This document shows, in pieces, positions 57,958 through 64,000 of a stretch of 64,000 bases of DNA; positions within the stretch are counted from its first letter, which is position 1, and each line of letters starts with the position of its first letter. The notes beneath the pieces were generated by a model. That model saw nothing but the letters and a program-made list of their open reading frames with translations. It was not told where the DNA came from and searched no databases. The stretch is from the NCBI GenBank assembly GCA_902557965.1, contig CACECK010000001.1, forward strand, positions 90,348-154,347, written 5' to 3'. Made by a program: the position numbers and the translations under genes. The stretch is from an uncultured SAR86 cluster bacterium (GTDB lineage: Bacteria > Pseudomonadota > Gammaproteobacteria > Magnimaribacterales > D2472).

Positions 57958-58969
57958 AAAAGTAAATCTCACCTCTTTTTAAATACGCCAAATATGCAAA
58001 AGCTGTAGCTTCAACAAACTTTGAATTAATTTCAGAGTCTGTTGTTCTAACATTAGAATCCAATTTTTTACTGATCGCTTTCATTAAAAAGGAGTTTTTT
58101 GTTCCGCCTCCATGAAAAATTATTTCAGACGGACATTCACAGTAATCATAAAAATCCTTTATTTTGATTGCAGTAAATTCAGTTAGTGTTCTTATAATAT
58201 CTTTAGGCGGCATTTCTAAAAAATTTTTATCAATTAGTTTATAGTAATCGTTTTTATCATCCGCTCTAGGATAAGACATATTTTTTGTATCCATCAAGAG
58301 TTTATTAATTAACATCTCATTTAAAGTCCCATCTGAAGCAATCTTGCCATCAAAATCAAAAGGTAAATCGAAATGTTTTTTTATAAACATATCAATTAAA
58401 CAATTACCTGGCCCAACATCAGAAGCAATTACTATTTGATCACCTTTAAGATAAGTTCCATTTGAAATACCACCTATATTAAAAATTAATTTATTTTTAT
58501 TATTTTCAGCATACAAGTACTTATGAAATGCAGGGATCAATGGTGCCCCCATGCCACCTTGTTGAATATCAAAATTCCGAAAGTTGGAACAGACATTGAT
58601 ACCAGTCATATCAGCTATTTGCTGGCTGTTCCCTATTTGATAGCTTTTTTCATATGTATGAAAAATAGTTTGGCCTGATAATGCAATTAAAGAGATACTC
58701 TTTCTGCTAATTCTCGATTTATCTATTAGAGTCTCAATCAGATCAATAGTTTTTTTATTAAGAGTTTTTTCAACCTCCATAAGGTCAGCAGATTCATTTA
58801 CTTCTTTAAAACCTAATCTTATGCATTCCTCATATTTATCTTTATATTTACTCCCAAGCTCAATTTGTGCAGTTTCTATAAGATCAACATTTTTTTTAAA
58901 ATCAACAATACATCCATCAAGTGAGTCTGCACTTGTACCTGTCATAATCCCAATAAAATAATTACTCAT
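57947..58969 (-). CDS. anmK: anhydro-N-acetylmuramic acid kinase
   Basis: GIMTGTSADSLDG N-terminus, NIGGISN and GGGTKN. Confidence 0.9.
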   Translation of the reverse strand: MSNYFIGIMTGTSADSLDGCIVDFKKNVDLIETAQIELGSKYKDKYEECIRLGFKEVNESADLMEVEKTLNKKTIDLIETLIDKSRISRKSISLIALSGQTIFHTYEKSYQIGNSQQIADMTGINVCSNFRNFDIQQGGMGAPLIPAFHKYLYAENNKNKLIFNIGGISNGTYLKGDQIVIASDVGPGNCLIDMFIKKHFDLPFDFDGKIASDGTLNEMLINKLLMDTKNMSYPRADDKNDYYKLIDKNFLEMPPKDIIRTLTEFTAIKIKDFYDYCECPSEIIFHGGGTKNSFLMKAISKKLDSNVRTTDSEINSKFVEATAFAYLAYLKRGEIYFSKS

Positions 58970-60206
58970 CTTTTATAAGATTATACTCTGCAAGTTTTTT
59001 TAGGCTTTCATCAAGAGCCAATTTAAAATTTTTTGTCTGTTGTTGACTAACTGGTTGTGCTGATGGGAGTTTCACTTTCACAGGATCAGTCCTTTTTGTA
59101 CCTTGCCAAAACTCAAAGTGAAGATGGGTGCCGGTTGCTCTTCCAGAGTCCCCAACATAACCAATTATTTCTCCTTGTTTTATTTTAGACCCGACTTTAG
59201 TGCGCGTATTGAATTTTTCTAAATGGGCATATAGAGTTTTTATATTTCCACCATGTTTTATTTCAACTGTTCTTCCGTAACCACTTTTATTCCCTACAAA
59301 AGATATGATTCCATCTCCAGAAGCCTGAATAGGAGTATTCCTTTTTGCCGCATAATCCACCCCATTATGAGCTTTTATTTTATGAAGAATAGGATGCATC
59401 CTATTTGGATTAAAGTGAGAGCTAATATATGCAAAATCTAGAGGAGCTCTCAAAAAGGCTTTCTTAACATTTTCACCTTTTTCGTTGAAGTATTGTTTTC
59501 CCTGTTCTGAGTCATAAAATCTTTGAGCAACATATTGATTATTTTGATTAATGAACTCTGCATAAATAATATCCCCAGATGAAATTTTTTCACCTTGGGA
59601 GTATTTGGTCTCATAAATAACCTTAAAGTTATCTCCTTTTCTAACATCAAAAATAAAATCAACATCCCAGCCAAATATAAATGCAAAATCCATGATAATG
59701 CTATCTGGAATACCTTCATTAAGCGCATCTTTATAGAACGAGCTAGATATTGAACCAGATCCATATGATTGAATCGTTTGGATTTCTTTTTTAATTTTAG
59801 AAATTGATATGTCATCATCAATCATTATCATGATCGAGTTAGTTTTATTCTTTTTTATTTCAATACTAGTTAATTTTTCTCCAATATAGTTAAATTCCAT
59901 AATATCTTCTGGATTTATAGTTGAAAGAACATTACTAGTATCACTATTGAATATTTTATATGCAGTATTTAATGGGACTTTTTTTTCTTCAAAAATTACC
60001 GAAAGACTATCTCCAGTTTTAACTTTGTGAATGCTCTTATTTTTTATGAGCATAATTGGATCATCTATAGTTTTTGAAATTGTTATGTCCTCTTCAGGTA
60101 GAGGTTTATTTAGAACAGAATCAGCATATAAGAGCAAAATAAGACATATTGAAACAAGAAATACAGAAAGTATTAATTTTATAGGAGGACTTTTAAAACC
60201 TATCAT
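58962..60206 (-). CDS. M23-family murein DD-endopeptidase (MepM/YebA-like)
   Basis: N-terminal TM anchor, OapA/LysM-like segment (HKVKTGDSLSVIF), and M23 motifs HNGVDYAA and GRATGTHLHFE. Confidence 0.85.
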   Translation of the reverse strand: MIGFKSPPIKLILSVFLVSICLILLLYADSVLNKPLPEEDITISKTIDDPIMLIKNKSIHKVKTGDSLSVIFEEKKVPLNTAYKIFNSDTSNVLSTINPEDIMEFNYIGEKLTSIEIKKNKTNSIMIMIDDDISISKIKKEIQTIQSYGSGSISSSFYKDALNEGIPDSIIMDFAFIFGWDVDFIFDVRKGDNFKVIYETKYSQGEKISSGDIIYAEFINQNNQYVAQRFYDSEQGKQYFNEKGENVKKAFLRAPLDFAYISSHFNPNRMHPILHKIKAHNGVDYAAKRNTPIQASGDGIISFVGNKSGYGRTVEIKHGGNIKTLYAHLEKFNTRTKVGSKIKQGEIIGYVGDSGRATGTHLHFEFWQGTKRTDPVKVKLPSAQPVSQQQTKNFKLALDESLKKLAEYNLIKDE

Positions 60207-63200
60207 ATGTCTTCTTGCAAATTGAGTAACTCAGTATTCCCCCCAAATGCTACAGAGTTTTTAGAAATAACTTTTTCATTAAGAAACTGAAGAAGATAAT
60301 TGGGTCCGCCTGCTTTGAAACCACTGCCTGAAAGTCCAATTCCGCCAAAGGGTTGAGATCCAACAACAGCGCCTACCATATCTCTATTTATATAAATATT
60401 TCCAATATTAGACTCTGAGCTTATAAAATCAGCTCTTGATTCTATCCTTGAATGAATACCCATCGTTAAGCCGTAACCACTTTCATTAATTTGATTTATG
60501 GTTTTATCAATCTCATTAAACTTGTATTTAATTACATGAAGAATTGGGCCAAATTGCTCTTCTTCAATTTGAGAAATATTATCAATTTCAATAAGAGTTG
60601 GTGGAACATGGGTTTCTGAAAAATCTGATTCACACTGAAACACTTTCAAATTATTTTCCCTACAATCCGAAATATAATCATTGAGCTTCTTTAATGCGTT
60701 TTTACTAATTATTGGGCCTATATCTGCAGAAAAATTATTAGGATCATTTATTTCTTGAATTGCCATGCTTCCTTTAATCATTTCAGTCAATTCATCATAA
60801 ATTTCCTCTTGAATGCATAAAACTCTTAGCGCCGAACAACGTTGGCCTGCACTATCAAACGCAGACCTTATTACGTCATCAGTTACCTGTTCAAGCAAAG
60901 CACTCGAATCAACCACCATTGCATTAATACCTCCAGTCTCTGCTATGAGAGGTATTATTCCCTTTTGATTTTTTATTAAGCTTGATTGAATTTTTTTAGC
61001 AGTATTTAATGAGCCAGTAAAAGCAACACCATTTAAAGGCTTAATTTTCGTTAATAATTCGCCATACATGCCATCACCAATTATTAACTGGAGTGCTTCT
61101 AATGGAACTCCATATTTATGAAATATTTTTACAACTAGATAACCCAAGATCGATGTATGTTCAGACGGCTTTATTAAGACATTATTACCACATGCAAGCG
61201 CTGCAGATATTTGACCTATTAGGATTGCAACTGGGAAATTCCATGGACTTATACATAAAAACCTTCCCTTATTTGAGTATGAAATATTATTTATTTCTCC
61301 AGTTGGACCCTCTAACTCATTATTTTTATTAATTTCTTTTATTTGTTCAGAATAATACCTAAGGAAATCTATTGCTTCTCTAATTTCATCTATAGCATTT
61401 TGGATTGTTTTCCCAGCCTCATTAATTAAATAAAAAATGAGCTGGTTAGGTTCTTGCTCTATATGATCAGCAATGTCCTGAAGAATTTTTGATCTTTCAT
61501 CTACACTGAAATGATTCCATATAGACTCAGATTTATTTGTTATAGCATTCTCAATATTAGAAGGGTCGTCAAAAGTTACTGAGCCAATCAGTTTATTATT
61601 TGCAACCGAAATAGCCTTGTGTGCACTTGTTGAGGATTTAACTCTTCCAACATAGATTGATTCTGCATCAACAAGCGCATTCTCAAACTTAGCTAAACTA
61701 GATTCTAGTCTTTTTAAGTTCTCATCTTCAGTCAAATCATAACCCGATGAATTTTCTCTCTTATTAAATATATCTTTAGGCAGCGGAATTTCTTTAGTTT
61801 CTTTTTTCATTCTTACCATAGGATTTTCTGCTAGCCATTTTGAGTCTGTTTCTGGATCAAGAAGTCTATTAATAAAAGAGCTATTGGCTCCATTTTCAAG
61901 TAGACGTCTCACAAGATATGGCAGCAAATCTTTGTAATTGCCTATTGGAGCATATATGGAAGGTCTTTTATCAAGACCTAAAACTTCAGATGCACTTTTA
62001 TAAAGCAGCTCACCCATTCCGTATAATCTCTGAAATTCATATGGACTATCTTTTGCTAAAAAGCTTATCGAAGAAATTGTATGTGCATTGTGAGTTGCAA
62101 ACTTAGGATAGATCTTTTTATTTTGGAGTATTTGTCTTGCACATGATAAAAAAGAAATATCAGTTAAAGATTTTTTTGAAAATACTGGATAGCCTTCATA
62201 TCCAGAAACTTGAGCATGTTTAATTTCATAGTCCCAATAAGCCCCTTTAACCAAACGTAGATGCATTTTTTCTCTCTTTTTGAGCATTGTATTGAGCCAA
62301 TAAATAACGTCGTGTGATCTTTTTCCATAAGCTTGCAGAGCAATACCAAAACCTGGCCAATCCTTAAGGGCTTTGTCGTAAGCAAGCATTTCAATAATGT
62401 GGAGGCTTAAAGATAATCTATCTTGTTCTTCAGCATCGATTGTTATTTCAACATCTTTTGATTTTGCATAATGAATCAATTCAAGTAATTTAGGTATTAG
62501 TACTGATTCTAGATTATGAATTTTTCTCATTTCATACCTAGGATGAAGTGCAGATATTTTTATTGAAACTCCATTAGATAGATTTTTGATGAGATTAAGT
62601 TTGCCCACTTCATCAATTGCATTCATATATGCATTGAAGTAATTCTCTGCCTGGCTTTCAGTTCTTGCTGCCTCTCCAAGCATATCAAATGAGAATGCAT
62701 CTTCCTCAAGGTTTGATGATTTTTCTATATCTTTGAAATCTTTACCAATCACAAATTCTTGACTCAATATCTGCATGGCAGCAAGAACAGCATTTCTTAT
62801 TGGCATCTCACCAGATTTTGAAATTAAATTAGAAACAAAACCGTTGGGATCTTTAGACCATTGAAGTGGAGTATTCACAACTTTACCCGCAAGCAGCAAC
62901 CCCCACGTAGACGCATTAACAAAAAGGCTATCGGCTTTATTTAGATGATTAATCCAGTTACCTTCAGACAACTTCTCTGAAATAATCAAATCTCTAGTTT
63001 TTTTATCTGGTATTCTAAGCACCGATTCAGCCAAACACATCAAAGCAACACCTTCCTGATTATCAAGACCATATTCATTTAGGAATGCGTCTAGCATAGT
63101 CCTGTCGCCTTTATTCTTTCTACAAAGATCAATTATTGATGCAGCATTATCTAATGTTGATTGTTCATCTAAAAAAGCAGAATTAGATAAAAGATCTTTA

Positions 63201-63250
63201 AGTAGTTCGTCTTCAGGTAAAAATTTATTTTTTGCGTCAAGCATAATCAT
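60203..63250 (-). CDS. putA: bifunctional proline dehydrogenase/P5C dehydrogenase PutA (no N-terminal DNA-binding domain)
   Basis: PRODH barrel followed by ALDH motifs ETGGINAMVVDSSA and GQRCSALR. At 1015 aa it is shorter than the E. coli type carrying a ribbon-helix-helix (RHH) domain. Confidence 0.95.
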   Translation of the reverse strand: MIMLDAKNKFLPEDELLKDLLSNSAFLDEQSTLDNAASIIDLCRKNKGDRTMLDAFLNEYGLDNQEGVALMCLAESVLRIPDKKTRDLIISEKLSEGNWINHLNKADSLFVNASTWGLLLAGKVVNTPLQWSKDPNGFVSNLISKSGEMPIRNAVLAAMQILSQEFVIGKDFKDIEKSSNLEEDAFSFDMLGEAARTESQAENYFNAYMNAIDEVGKLNLIKNLSNGVSIKISALHPRYEMRKIHNLESVLIPKLLELIHYAKSKDVEITIDAEEQDRLSLSLHIIEMLAYDKALKDWPGFGIALQAYGKRSHDVIYWLNTMLKKREKMHLRLVKGAYWDYEIKHAQVSGYEGYPVFSKKSLTDISFLSCARQILQNKKIYPKFATHNAHTISSISFLAKDSPYEFQRLYGMGELLYKSASEVLGLDKRPSIYAPIGNYKDLLPYLVRRLLENGANSSFINRLLDPETDSKWLAENPMVRMKKETKEIPLPKDIFNKRENSSGYDLTEDENLKRLESSLAKFENALVDAESIYVGRVKSSTSAHKAISVANNKLIGSVTFDDPSNIENAITNKSESIWNHFSVDERSKILQDIADHIEQEPNQLIFYLINEAGKTIQNAIDEIREAIDFLRYYSEQIKEINKNNELEGPTGEINNISYSNKGRFLCISPWNFPVAILIGQISAALACGNNVLIKPSEHTSILGYLVVKIFHKYGVPLEALQLIIGDGMYGELLTKIKPLNGVAFTGSLNTAKKIQSSLIKNQKGIIPLIAETGGINAMVVDSSALLEQVTDDVIRSAFDSAGQRCSALRVLCIQEEIYDELTEMIKGSMAIQEINDPNNFSADIGPIISKNALKKLNDYISDCRENNLKVFQCESDFSETHVPPTLIEIDNISQIEEEQFGPILHVIKYKFNEIDKTINQINESGYGLTMGIHSRIESRADFISSESNIGNIYINRDMVGAVVGSQPFGGIGLSGSGFKAGGPNYLLQFLNEKVISKNSVAFGGNTELLNLQEDI

Positions 63251-63322
63251 TATTTTAATCTTTAAGTGTTAACTAGCAACATTGTGATTCTATTAATCAT
63301 TTAAAAATACTATGATAGTAGT

Positions 63323-64000
63323 ATGAAAGAAGCATTAAAGCTTATAAAAAGAGGTTCCGATGAGATTCTTACTGAGTCGGATCTAAAAAAGAAGCTCGAA
63401 TCAGGTAAACAATTAGTTGTTAAAGCAGGGTTTGATCCGACTGCTCCTGATCTTCATCTTGGCCACACAGTTTTATTAAATAAATTAAGACATTTTCAAG
63501 ACCTAGGACATAAAGTCATTTTTTTAATTGGAGATTTTACTGGAAGGATTGGAGATCCTTCAGGCACAAATAAAACGAGACCAACACTAGATGCAAAAGA
63601 CTTAGTCCAAAATGCAAAGACCTATGAAAAACAAGTTTTTAAGATTCTCAAAAAAGATTTAACCGATGTCCGTTTTAATTCTGAATGGTGTGAAAAGCTT
63701 GGAGCAGATGGACTCATTGAGTTAGCTTCAAAATATAATGTTGCTCGAATGCTTGAACGAGATGATTTTAATAAAAGGTTCTATTCAAATAAGAGCATAG
63801 CAATTCACGAATTTCTTTATCCTCTTGTTCAAGGATACGATTCAGTTGCCCTTGAAGCAGATGTTGAATGTGGAGGAACAGATCAAAAATTTAATTTATT
63901 GGTTGGCAGAGAGTTGCAGAGAGACTACGATCAAGAACCTCAAGTTGTAATTACAGTACCTATTCTAGAAGGTTTAGATGGCGCCAAGAAAATGTCCAAG
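63323..64000 (+). CDS. tyrS: tyrosyl-tRNA synthetase (N-terminal 226 codons; runs off the right edge)
   Basis: Hand translation from ATG 63323: [18 protein letters not shown]...[13 protein letters not shown]...ends KMSK at 64000. Class I HIGH (HLGH) and KMSKS motifs. Confidence 0.9.
   Translation, partial: MKEALKLIKRGSDEILTESDLKKKLESGKQLVVKAGFDPTAPDLHLGHTVLLNKLRHFQDLGHKVIFLIGDFTGRIGDPSGTNKTRPTLDAKDLVQNAKTYEKQVFKILKKDLTDVRFNSEWCEKLGADGLIELASKYNVARMLERDDFNKRFYSNKSIAIHEFLYPLVQGYDSVALEADVECGGTDQKFNLLVGRELQRDYDQEPQVVITVPILEGLDGAKKMSK

Noticed and set aside
1-64000. Searched for CRISPR arrays, tandem or inverted repeats, IS elements, tRNA or rRNA genes, and defence, toxin-antitoxin or secretion modules
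   Set aside because: No repeat-spacer periodicity was seen. No transposase or phage-like ORFs are present. No GC-rich cloverleaf-sized islands occur in the few intergenic gaps. Every ORF above 150 aa except 45477-46844, 32276-34558, 14853-15449 and 57117-57611 has a confident housekeeping assignment. I therefore found no evidence for such elements, but an eye scan cannot exclude short or degenerate repeats.

Overview
The window is AT-rich (about one third G+C by eye, not computed) and very tightly packed. It looks like a core chromosomal segment of a streamlined gammaproteobacterium, probably a marine lineage; both calls are inference. Nearly every gene is housekeeping, and several blocks share gene order with E. 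coli or Pseudomonas: engB/cytochrome c4-dsbA; lptM-lysA-dapF-yigA-xerC-yigB-ubiK; metK-ahcY; tkt-pgk-fba; ubiE-ubiJ-ubiB-tatABC; rsgA/orn; miaB-phoH-ybeY-corC-lnt; zapA-ssrS-ygfA; pepP-ubiH; rpmE/priA; nnrD-tsaE-amiB; dksA-pcnB; hemL-hemG; erpA/anmK/M23 peptidase/putA/tyrS. I found no rRNA, tRNA, CRISPR array, transposase, phage gene or recognisable defence or toxin-antitoxin module, so I cannot point to a clear new multi-gene system. Three elements absent from the ORF track were found by hand: a 6S RNA, tatA and a 26-codon LptM-like lipoprotein gene. The candidates most worth a second look are: (1) an orphan promoter, structured RNA and 28-codon micro-ORF in the only large intergenic gap (29.28-29.49 kb); (2) a membrane-anchored paraoxonase-like beta-propeller plus an alpha/beta hydrolase placed upstream of nnrD-tsaE-amiB; (3) a translationally coupled pair of a split-box Nudix and a LACTB2-like metallo-beta-lactamase-fold (MBL) protein; (4) a 760-aa CBM9/DUF5916-like probable outer-membrane protein; (5) DksA with a histone-H1-like lysine-rich N-terminal tail; (6) a small membrane protein in the tatD slot of the tat operon. 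All functional calls rest on motifs and synteny read by eye, with no database search.
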